Shown: positions 10,000 to 17,642 of the stretch, piece after piece
Position numbering within the stretch: the stretch's first letter is position 1
Layout: the number at the start of each line of letters is the position of its first letter
From: Candidatus Sumerlaeia bacterium
Lineage (GTDB): Bacteria > Sumerlaeota > Sumerlaeia > SLMS01
Direction: 5' to 3'
Length of the DNA: 17,642 bases
NCBI GenBank assembly: GCA_038208905.1
Contig: JBBQYG010000075.1
Location: 1 to 17,642, forward strand
Translations under genes and position numbers: made by a program
The notes under the pieces: model-generated
Seen by the model: only the letters and a program-made list of their open reading frames with translations
What the model was told of the DNA's origin: nothing
Database searches by the model: none

Positions 10000-10090
10000 G
10001 GAAAACCCCTATGCGGATGCGATGCGGGGATGATCCCCGTGCCGGGGCGGGCGGAACCGCAAGGGGGATGTGGCTAGTATGCTCCGCGCC

Positions 10091-12370
10091 TCAGTGAACG
10101 CTCCACCCCGACGCGGTCGAACCATCGACTTCACGCCCCACGCGCAGGGCGTTGCCGAAGCTGGCGATCCAGACCTCGCCCGGGTCGAAGGGGTTCCACG
10201 CAACGCGCTTGGGCTCGCGGAAGGGGAAGCCCGCCACCTGGGTCAGTGTCGGCGTGGGGTCGGTTAGGTTGATGGTGTGCCAGAGGCCCTCGGCCTCCGT
10301 TGTCACATAGGCCCAGTTGGGCTTGGTCGGATGGATGCCGATGCTGGAGACGCGGTGGGACTCCCAGATGCGCGTCCAGTTCACGCCGCGATTCGTGGTG
10401 CGATAGAGCCCGCCCGCCTGATTGTTGGTGGAGAGCGGCCCGCCGTATCCGCTCCACACGCCGGCATACCATGTGTTCTGCGCCGCGTCGTGGGGATCGA
10501 TGATCAGGTCCTTCACGTAGTAGGTCATGTTGGCGTGGCTGCGGTCGGCCCAGCTTGCGCCGTCGTTGTCGCTCACGAAGACGCCGGAGCTCTGCGTGAA
10601 GACATTGGTGCGCCGGGCGGAGTAGCTGACCGCGAGGGTGCCATCGTTCAGCACGCGGATGATGAAGGGGTGGCCCTCCGTGCGGGGGGGATTGGCCAAC
10701 TTCGTCCACGTGGAGGATGCGCCCTGATCGATATTGTCGGAGACGTAGATACCACCCTCCACGCTGTCGATGACGCTGGCGTATAGACGCGTCGGGTTGT
10801 TCGGATCCAGCGCCACGTCGATCACCGGATTGTTGAAATCACGGAGCAACTGCCACGTGGCGCCCTTGTTGGTGGTGAAGTTCACCTGCCCGTCCCCGCC
10901 ATTGAGGCGCGCGTCGGTCAGGTAGGTCGTCTGATAGATGTCGTGAACGGTGGACGACGCCATGTATCCCACGCCGGTCGTTGGATGCACAACGGTCTGG
11001 TAGGAAGTGTTCTGCGTGTGGCCCGTATATCCAAAGCTCCAAGAGGCGCCGCCGTCGGTGCTGCGGATGCCGCGTATATCCGTGCTGTTTCCCCACAGGA
11101 TGTTGGAGTCGAACCAAGTGAGGTTCCACACGGAGGTGTCCTCCAGTCCGATGCCGCGATAGTCGCGGCCCGGTGGAGTGTCGGCGTTGGGCGGGTTCTG
11201 GTCGGCGGGATTTACATAGGCCTGGCGCCACGTGCCGCCGCCGTCGGTGGAAAGGTGCACAAAGCCATAGCCGCTGAACGCGACAAACTGGGGATTATTG
11301 GGGGCCACGGCGAAACCCACGGGCCCGCCGTCATAGAACCATCCGCGGTCGCCGCCGTCTCCGCCCCAGCCGGTCGCGGTGTTGGCGTTGTTGGCATCGG
11401 TGAACACACTGCCCCAGTTGGCGCCGCCATTGGTCGTCTTGAAGATCATGGGAAGCTCCCCCACGCTTCCGCGCTGACCGCTGACAAAGGCCGTGTCGAT
11501 GTCGTTCACGGCACAGGCGATCAGCGCCAGGCCGTCCTGGGGATCGGTGGGAAGACCGGCGGTGCGCAGCGTCCAGCTCGCCGCGCCAAGGTCGAGCGTA
11601 TAGACATCCTGATGCTGCCAGAAGATGTCCTCGATCAACATGCCGCCATAGGTGTTCTCCGCCGTGGCCGTGGCGAAGAGCCGGGCTGTGCCGCCTTCTC
11701 TCGCGCCGCACATCGAGAGGATTCGCCGCCCCGCCGGGATTCCTGCCACTGCCGATGCGGGAAACGTCGCCCCCGAATCCGTCGAGTGCAGCAGCCCCGC
11801 GTTGCAGCCGACATAGATATCCGCGCCGTCCCAGAACACCCCGCCGACATAGAGGCCATTGCCGTCGTTGGCGAAGCTGAACCGCTGCTGAAAGGAGGCG
11901 CCGCCATCGGTCGAGATATACAGCGCGTTGTAGCTCGCCACCAGCAGGCGGGTCGCGCTCGTGGGGTCCACCCACATGCCAAAGGCCTCGCCATCGGTCG
12001 GCTCCGCCGCCAGCGGCGTCCACGTGACGCCGCCATCGGTGCTCTTCGTCGGGCGGACCAAGTCCACGCCGTCGATCACCGTATAGTCCATGCAGAAGGC
12101 GATTAGGGGGTCGCTGGTGTACTGCACCATGGCCAGCCGGTTCCCCTGAATCTCGGTAAAGGGGACCACGTCATAGGAGGCGCCCTGGTTCGTGCTGCGG
12201 AACAGCGCGCTCATGTCCGTCGCGATGGTGAACACGCTGGCATTGTGCGGACTAAAGCTCGGCGCAAACAGGGCTCCACCCCCGCCAATTCCACGCGACT
12301 CCCAAGCCGCGGGCTGGGCCCCCGCGATGGCGACCATCGCAACCGATGCACACACTAGGAGGGACTTCAT
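10091..12370 (-). CDS. Secreted BNR/Asp-box repeat double beta-propeller protein, GH74-like glycosyl hydrolase, 759 aa
   Basis: Start MKSLLVCASVAMVAIAGA (signal peptide, ATG 12370). N-terminal WESRGIGGGG...ATD. About 10 Asp-box repeats (STDGGVTW, STDGGASF, TTNGGANW, STDGGGTW, STDGGASW, TTNKGATW, SDNDGASW, TTNRGVNW). Confidence 0.85.
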   Translation of the reverse strand: MKSLLVCASVAMVAIAGAQPAAWESRGIGGGGALFAPSFSPHNASVFTIATDMSALFRSTNQGASYDVVPFTEIQGNRLAMVQYTSDPLIAFCMDYTVIDGVDLVRPTKSTDGGVTWTPLAAEPTDGEAFGMWVDPTSATRLLVASYNALYISTDGGASFQQRFSFANDGNGLYVGGVFWDGADIYVGCNAGLLHSTDSGATFPASAVAGIPAGRRILSMCGAREGGTARLFATATAENTYGGMLIEDIFWQHQDVYTLDLGAASWTLRTAGLPTDPQDGLALIACAVNDIDTAFVSGQRGSVGELPMIFKTTNGGANWGSVFTDANNANTATGWGGDGGDRGWFYDGGPVGFAVAPNNPQFVAFSGYGFVHLSTDGGGTWRQAYVNPADQNPPNADTPPGRDYRGIGLEDTSVWNLTWFDSNILWGNSTDIRGIRSTDGGASWSFGYTGHTQNTSYQTVVHPTTGVGYMASSTVHDIYQTTYLTDARLNGGDGQVNFTTNKGATWQLLRDFNNPVIDVALDPNNPTRLYASVIDSVEGGIYVSDNIDQGASSTWTKLANPPRTEGHPFIIRVLNDGTLAVSYSARRTNVFTQSSGVFVSDNDGASWADRSHANMTYYVKDLIIDPHDAAQNTWYAGVWSGYGGPLSTNNQAGGLYRTTNRGVNWTRIWESHRVSSIGIHPTKPNWAYVTTEAEGLWHTINLTDPTPTLTQVAGFPFREPKRVAWNPFDPGEVWIASFGNALRVGREVDGSTASGWSVH

Positions 12371-12418
12371 GGGGCGGTGACTCCGTGGAAAGTTATCATG
12401 GAGAGGGTGGAGGGATTG

Positions 12419-12434
12419 ATAGATATACATCTAT
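12419..12434. promoter_or_regulatory. Near-palindromic AT-rich site, candidate transcription-factor operator
   Basis: ATAGATATACATCTAT (ATAGAT-N4-ATCTAT) lies about 50 nt upstream of the GH74-like start in a divergent intergenic region. Confidence 0.35.
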
Positions 12435-12686
12435 ACGACAGACGCCGGTGCGGAAAGAGACCTGAATCGAAGACGCTCAGAAGCTCCCCACCCGGGCCCG
12501 AAGGGGGCAATGGGGATGCGATCATCCGGTTCAATTCACACGCCGCGAATGGCGGCAGGCTGGGAAACGGCTGAGTTTGCGCATCGCGATTGCTGAGAAT
12601 CGCGGGCCAACAGGCGGTGCCCCCGCGGGCATCGGCGCGGAGCACGGCAGCCCGGGTTCCGCGTGGCCGCGTCTGCCTAGCGCGCG

Positions 12687-12753
12687 GGGCGAGACGCCCA
12701 CGCTCCTCTTTTACGGCGTTCCCAATCGTGAAAGGGCATTCAAGAACGACTCT
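12687..12753 (+). repeat. Partial copy of the REP/MITE-like element at 17505-17642
   Basis: Manual ungapped alignment to the reverse complement of 17505-17571 gives 52/67 identities. Contains the hairpin GGGCG-AGA-CGCCC. Confidence 0.8.
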
Positions 12754-12805
12754 CTTGGCGCGATTGCGCATTGCCCTCGCGAGCGCCGGGGGAGAAGAAG
12801 GCACT

Positions 12806-13927
12806 ATGGAACCCGACGAGCAGCCTTTTCCCGCTTGGCTGGCGCGCCGCGACCCGATCGTGGCGGGGGCGGGGGAGAATGGCGTTTACCAAGCATTCGC
12901 GCGGCGGAGGCTTGGGCGGGCGGCGCGGACAGCGATGGGTCGTTTCCTCCTCCGCGCTGAGGGCACGTTCTCGGTTCTGCGCTGGGTTGTGCTCGCTGCG
13001 GCGATGCTCATGGCGCTCGATTACCCGAGGGTTGTCCGGTTTGTCGTGGCGGAGACCGGAATCCCGCAGCCCCTTGCCACCATGATGCTCTGCTTCACGT
13101 TCACACTCCCCCTGATATGGGGACTCATTCCTCTCTCTCGCTCAAACCATTTCGAGGCCCGCCGCGTGTTCCGCAAGGCGTACAGCGATCCGCGGATGTC
13201 GATGGACTTCTATATGGGCGGGGTGCGCGGCGGTGACATCCTTGCGGCGATCTATCTGGAGGACCACCGCGTGATGCTACGGAGTATCGCGCCCCTCCCC
13301 GTGGTGCTGGGATTTGGGCTGATGTTGATGCTCGTGCGGATTCTGGAGCTGGGGCTGGGCGAATCCGTCTTTCTTGGCGCGATAATCCTGCTCCTTGTCG
13401 CGGAGACCAGCTTGGCGATCCCCGATTGCCTGGGCAACCTCCTGGCGGAGCAGTCCCTCAAGCCGCGAATCCGATTCTGGCGGTCGCGGTCGATCACACG
13501 GCACTTTTCCAGTATCGTGCGGGACCTCATTCGCGGAACACTCATGATGGGGCTCGTGCTCTTGGCGTTGGTTGGAGTCGTTGCGGTTGTGGAGTTCCTG
13601 AACTGGCTTGGGCGTCCGCCAGCGGCATACGGCTGGCTTGTGGACTATCTCCACGCGAAGCGATTCTATTTCCTTTGGCTGGCCATCGTGCTCCTGTTGC
13701 TCGCCACCACGGCATTCCTCCGCCGATGGGAACGCCGCCGCTCCGCGCGACGAATTCCGGAGCTCCTCGCAGAGGGAACCGCCGCCTTCGACGGCTACAT
13801 CCGCCGGACGCTGGAGGGGGATCCCGATTGGGAACGCCAGCCCAACGACCCACCCCCGCCGATTCCGCAGACCGGAAAGACGCAGGACGCGGTGGCGGCA
13901 GTACTGGCAAAAAGGGAACAGCGGTAA
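12806..13927 (+). CDS. Hypothetical integral membrane protein, 373 aa, about 6 TM segments
   Basis: GAAGG before ATG 12806 (MEPDEQ) within ORF 12590..13927. Paired hydrophobic segments separated by Arg-rich loops. No family recognised. Confidence 0.75.
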   Translation: MEPDEQPFPAWLARRDPIVAGAGENGVYQAFARRRLGRAARTAMGRFLLRAEGTFSVLRWVVLAAAMLMALDYPRVVRFVVAETGIPQPLATMMLCFTFTLPLIWGLIPLSRSNHFEARRVFRKAYSDPRMSMDFYMGGVRGGDILAAIYLEDHRVMLRSIAPLPVVLGFGLMLMLVRILELGLGESVFLGAIILLLVAETSLAIPDCLGNLLAEQSLKPRIRFWRSRSITRHFSSIVRDLIRGTLMMGLVLLALVGVVAVVEFLNWLGRPPAAYGWLVDYLHAKRFYFLWLAIVLLLLATTAFLRRWERRRSARRIPELLAEGTAAFDGYIRRTLEGDPDWERQPNDPPPPIPQTGKTQDAVAAVLAKREQR

Positions 13928-14306
13928 AGGCGGGAACAACGGGAACGGCGGAAGAGAAGCTATGGCAGCTTCCCGATTTCCACGGACGGGTGTCTCAATC
14001 GGGAGGCGTTACAAGTAGAACGGCATCCACCACAGAGCACACAGAGAACGGAACTGAGGGTAGCGGGCTGTGGTCTCAGGATATTTGCGAGAGGAGAATG
14101 TATGGACTCGTCTGTACATGCATATATATAATCGCCGCGGAATGGCCCGGTGCTCTCGGTGGTGAATGCCGTTTGGCGTGTGCCGAATAGGGCCAGGAAA
14201 AACCAGAAACGTTGCCAGTCGCCTTCCCTCTGTTACTCCGCCTTTCCCGCCGTTTCCCCTTTTCCCTGCCGTTCCCTGTCGTTCGCTGCTTGTCCATGCC
14301 TTTCCG
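13914..14306. repeat. Nested inverted repeats: outer arrays of about 9-nt GGGAA[CA]NGC-like units and an inner 24-nt inverted repeat
   Basis: Left array 13914-13949 is GGGAACAGC GGTAAAGGC GGGAACAAC GGGAACGGC. The right array at about 14221-14306 reads GGGAACGGCA GGGAAAAGG GGAAACGGC GGGAAAGGC on the minus strand. The inner IR 14019-14042 vs 14150-14173 matches at 20/24. Confidence 0.7.
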
Positions 14307-15756
14307 CCGCTACCACCTTCATCGTCCTCACGATTTTGCCGCGCCATTCGCCTGCGATTTCAATTTCCGTATAGACGGGGAAGCTGTTGGTGACGGTGCT
14401 CATGGACGGGTTGAAGAAGACGGCGCGTTGCAGGGTGGAGAGGTCGGGCGACGGATCGAAGAAGGTGAAGGAGTTGGTCTCCGGCGTTTTGCGGACGATC
14501 CAGACCCGGGGCTGGCCGGGGAGGTAGAAGGCGAGGATGGACGCCGTGCGCGCATCGCGGGCGACGAGGGTGGTTCCGGGCGCGATATGCGGCGCGATCC
14601 CGGCGGAGAGCGAGCGCCAGCCGACCACTTCGTAGAGCTTCTTTCCCTTCACGCCGGCAAGGCGGGCCAGCTCTGGCGTGAAGCACACCAGCACGGATAA
14701 GAATGCGACGATCGCCGCTGCCCATGTCGCGAGCCTCAGCCTCCGCGCGGGGGCGCCTTCCATGAGGACCCACCACACGGTCGCGAGAGCCAGCGGCTGA
14801 TAGGCGAGGATCGGCCAGTTCATCTCCACCTTCTTGCGCGCCGCGCTGAACAGGAAGAACGCGAGGTGGAACCCGCCGAGGGCCACCGCCATGCGGACGC
14901 CACTGGCGGTGGACTTCCATCGGCGCATAACCAGCGCGAGCATCGGCGCCGTCAGGAGCCAGTAGAACGGCGTCCACGCGATGATCTGCCCGCCGATCAA
15001 CTCGGCGAGGTTGGCGAGGATCTCGGGCTTTTCCGCCTCGCCGAGCCCCTGGTTAAGCTGGAATCCGAAGGACGCCCAATCGTGCTGCACGTTCCAGGCG
15101 AGCACGGGTGAGAACACCGCCATCGCCGCCGCCACGCCCATCCACGGCCACGGCGTCAGCAACTCGCGCCGACCCCGCGCCGTCGCCACCAGCAACACTC
15201 CAAACGGCGGCACCAGCAGGACGGCTGTATATTTCGAGAGGAACGCCAGCCCCAGGACGATGCCGAAGGGAACCCACAGCCACCGCCGCGGCGGGGCCGC
15301 GCCGTCGATGGCCTCGCTGAAGATCGCCAGCGCCAGCGCCACCGCGCAGGCCCCGAAGAACAGCAGCGGCGTGTCGGGGGTCATGATGGTGCCGGAGATG
15401 GCCGAGAGCGGCGACACCAGCCACAGCATCGCCGCGCCATAGCCCACGCGCGGATCGGGCGACACCCAGCGGCCTGCCGCCGCGATCACCACCGGGGTCG
15501 CCAGCGCCAGCAGCACCCCTACGATGCGCACGCCGAGCTCGGTCTCTCCGAAAATCAACGTCCCCGCCCGGATCATCCACGCCACCATCGGAGGATGGTC
15601 GAAGTAGGAAAGCGACAGGTTGCGCGACCAGACCCAGTACACGGCCTCGTCGGGCGCCAGCTCCCTCAGCGGCAGCCACACGATCCGCCACACGGCCACG
15701 ATGGCCAGCGTCAGCAGGAATCCGCGCCGCGTCAGGAAGAAGGCCGGGTCGATCAT
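14233..15756 (-). CDS. ArnT/PMT-like glycosyltransferase (GT39/GT83-type, GT-C fold), 507 aa
   Basis: Start MIDPAFF (ATG 15756). Motifs PDEAVYWVWS, SYFDHPPMVAW, GETELGVR, MTPDTPLLFF, GLAFLSKYT, PVLAWNVQHDWASFGFQ. Confidence 0.92.
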   Translation of the reverse strand: MIDPAFFLTRRGFLLTLAIVAVWRIVWLPLRELAPDEAVYWVWSRNLSLSYFDHPPMVAWMIRAGTLIFGETELGVRIVGVLLALATPVVIAAAGRWVSPDPRVGYGAAMLWLVSPLSAISGTIMTPDTPLLFFGACAVALALAIFSEAIDGAAPPRRWLWVPFGIVLGLAFLSKYTAVLLVPPFGVLLVATARGRRELLTPWPWMGVAAAMAVFSPVLAWNVQHDWASFGFQLNQGLGEAEKPEILANLAELIGGQIIAWTPFYWLLTAPMLALVMRRWKSTASGVRMAVALGGFHLAFFLFSAARKKVEMNWPILAYQPLALATVWWVLMEGAPARRLRLATWAAAIVAFLSVLVCFTPELARLAGVKGKKLYEVVGWRSLSAGIAPHIAPGTTLVARDARTASILAFYLPGQPRVWIVRKTPETNSFTFFDPSPDLSTLQRAVFFNPSMSTVTNSFPVYTEIEIAGEWRGKIVRTMKVVAAERHGQAANDRERQGKGETAGKAE

Positions 15757-15912
15757 GGAAGGGAGCAAACCGCCACGGGACGAACGGACGCAAGAACGGC
15801 CTGACGTCGAATCGGCGGTGGCGTCATAACTCTCCGGGATATTCGCCTTGAGATTCCCGCCCCTGGGGCGAGGTTGGTCCAACGACTCCGCCGTGGATAG
15901 GTACTTCGTCCG

Positions 15913-17460
15913 ATGCGTCATTTGTCTCTTCCCGTCCTCACCGCGTTTACACTGCTCGCTGCTTCTGCAAGCGCGGCCAAGCAGCCCAACATCGTATGGA
16001 TCTTCAGCGACGACCACGCATGGCAGGCGGTCAGCGCCTATTCCGGCGACCTGATCGATACGCCCAACATCGACCGCCTCGCGCGGGAGGGGATGCTGTT
16101 CCAGCGGTGCCTTGTCCCGAATCCGATCTGCGGCCCGTCGCGGGCCAGCGTGCTCACGGGAAAGTATTCCCACGGCAACGGGCTGTATCGGAACGGCAGC
16201 GGCGATTTCGACGGCACTCAGTGGACGTTTCCCCAGGCGCTACAAGGTGCGGGCTACCAGACGGCGCTCATCGGCAAGTGGCACCTGGGGGAAGGGACGG
16301 CGCCCACGGGATTCGATTATTCCAACGTGCTGATCGGCCAGGGGCCCTACTACAATCCCAAGATGCTGACCGACGCCGACGGCGACGGCACCCGGGAAGA
16401 GGTTCAGCATCACGGATATACAACGGACCTTCTCACCGAAATGGCGATCGACTGGATCGGTGGTCGCAAGGATGCGGAGAAGCCCTTCATGCTGATGATG
16501 CAGCACAAGGCGCCGCATCGCCCGTGGATGCCTGCGCCGCGGCATTTCGACGCGCTGGAGAATGTGACGATTCCCGAGCCGCCGACACTCTTTGCCAACT
16601 ACGACGGCATGCCCCGCGCCGCGCGACTGGCCGACATGACCATCGCCCACACAATGACGGCGCGCGACCTGAAGCTGGAGGCGATGCCCGGCCTCGACGA
16701 CGAGCAGCGCGCCGTGTGGGACGCGGCCTATGGCCCGCGCAACGCCGCCTTTCGCGCGGCGGAGCTTACGGGCGACGACCTGACGCGGTGGAAGTACCAG
16801 CGCTACATCAAGGACTACCTGCGCTGTGTCATGGCCGTGGACGAAAGCGTTGGGCGCGTGCTGGACTATCTGGAGGCCAACGGCCTCGCGGAGAACACCA
16901 TCGTTGTCTATGCGTCGGACCAGGGATTCTACCTCGGCGAGAATGGATGGTTCGACAAGCGGTGGATTTACGACGTGTCGATGCGGACGCCATTCCTCGT
17001 CCGCTGGCCCGGCCACATCGCGCCGGGTTCGGAGTGCAGGGATCTGGTCTCGGTGATCGACGTGGCGCCGACGCTCTGCGAGGTCGCGGGCGCGCCGATC
17101 CCGGCGGGAACACACGGGCGCTCGATGGTGCCGCTGATGGAGGGGACAACGCCGGAGGATTGGCGCAAGTCCTTCTACTTCCACTACTACGAGTACCCCG
17201 GCTGGCACGCGGTGCGTAAGCACTATGGCGTGGTGGAGGACCGATACAAGCTGGTGCATTTCTACGAGGAGGACATGCGCGAGTGGCAACTGGTGGATAC
17301 CGTGGCAGACCCGCTCGAGCAGAAGAACCTCCACGACGACCCCGCCTATGCCGAAATCGCCGCGGGGCTGCACGCGGAACTCGACCGCCTAAGGGAGGAG
17401 CTCGCGATTCCCGAGGTCGATCCGCCGGAGACGTATCCACAGGGGGATCCGTATCGGTAA
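15913..17460 (+). CDS. Secreted formylglycine-dependent S1 sulfatase (N-acetylglucosamine-6-sulfatase-like), 515 aa
   Basis: Signal peptide; QPNIVWIFSDDH; TPNIDRLA; CGPSRASVLTG (C-x-P-x-R); GYQTALIGKWHL; HKAPHRPW; SDQGFYLGENGWFDKR. Confidence 0.96.
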   Translation: MRHLSLPVLTAFTLLAASASAAKQPNIVWIFSDDHAWQAVSAYSGDLIDTPNIDRLAREGMLFQRCLVPNPICGPSRASVLTGKYSHGNGLYRNGSGDFDGTQWTFPQALQGAGYQTALIGKWHLGEGTAPTGFDYSNVLIGQGPYYNPKMLTDADGDGTREEVQHHGYTTDLLTEMAIDWIGGRKDAEKPFMLMMQHKAPHRPWMPAPRHFDALENVTIPEPPTLFANYDGMPRAARLADMTIAHTMTARDLKLEAMPGLDDEQRAVWDAAYGPRNAAFRAAELTGDDLTRWKYQRYIKDYLRCVMAVDESVGRVLDYLEANGLAENTIVVYASDQGFYLGENGWFDKRWIYDVSMRTPFLVRWPGHIAPGSECRDLVSVIDVAPTLCEVAGAPIPAGTHGRSMVPLMEGTTPEDWRKSFYFHYYEYPGWHAVRKHYGVVEDRYKLVHFYEEDMREWQLVDTVADPLEQKNLHDDPAYAEIAAGLHAELDRLREELAIPEVDPPETYPQGDPYR

Positions 17461-17504
17461 GGCGTGTCTATACACTTTGGGAATTCCGAGAACTCCACAT
17501 GCAT

Positions 17505-17642
17505 AGAGCGGTTCTCGAAAGTCTTGTCGCGATGGAGGACGCCGTAAAAGAGTATCGTGGGCATCTTGCCCGCGTGTGGGGGCGACGGGGCTCGGGCGAG
17601 ACGCCCAAGCTACGTTGGAATACGACAGGACTTTCGAGAGTC
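17505..17642. mobile_element. MITE/REPIN-like non-coding element: outer inverted repeats enclosing an inverted REP-like doublet; runs off the window end
   Basis: Outer IR 17513-17529 vs 17623-17639 matches at 16/17. Inner arms 17552-17574 (GTATCGTGGGCATCTTGCCCGCG) and 17591-17613 (reverse complement GTAGCTTGGGCGTCTCGCCCGAG) match at 18/23. Each arm is a GTAG-type tetranucleotide followed by a hairpin. Confidence 0.65.

Noticed and set aside
10031-10070. ATCCCC...GGGGAT stem between the propeller and Ig genes as a terminator or riboswitch
   Set aside because: Imperfect stem, no U-tract and no recognisable aptamer. Such stems are expected by chance at this GC content.
13914-14306. CRISPR array
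   Set aside because: The units are short, degenerate and inverted, with no unique spacers and no cas genes.
17346-17564. Peptide similarity TILFYGVLHRDKTFENRS vs TLLFYGVPNRERAFKNDS (ORF 12577..12960) suggesting a small-protein family
   Set aside because: Fully explained by the DNA repeat. The ORFs differ outside it and overlap real genes.

Overview
GC-rich bacterial chromosomal window with about 12 intact CDS and no rRNA, tRNA, CRISPR or intact transposase. It holds an NtrC-type sigma-54 response regulator, several exported enzymes (CBM20/CBM25-like-esterase fusion, SGNH lipoprotein, BPL-N-like protein, Ig/FN3 protein, GH74-like double beta-propeller, S1 sulfatase), two GT-C-type membrane glycosyltransferases and a membrane protein of unknown function. 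The most notable signal is that three unrelated signal-peptide proteins end in the same short tail after a polar linker, W-x-[LV]-[HQ]-stop (ETWLLH, EAWQVQ, SGWSVH), a candidate C-terminal sorting/secretion signal. Other signals are two toxin-antitoxin-like modules in which only the toxin has decayed (PIN/VapC, and a probable HEPN remnant), a MITE/REPIN-like element with a 67-nt partial copy about 4.8 kb away, and nested inverted repeats in a convergent intergenic region. All family assignments are from motif recognition by eye; no database searches were run.
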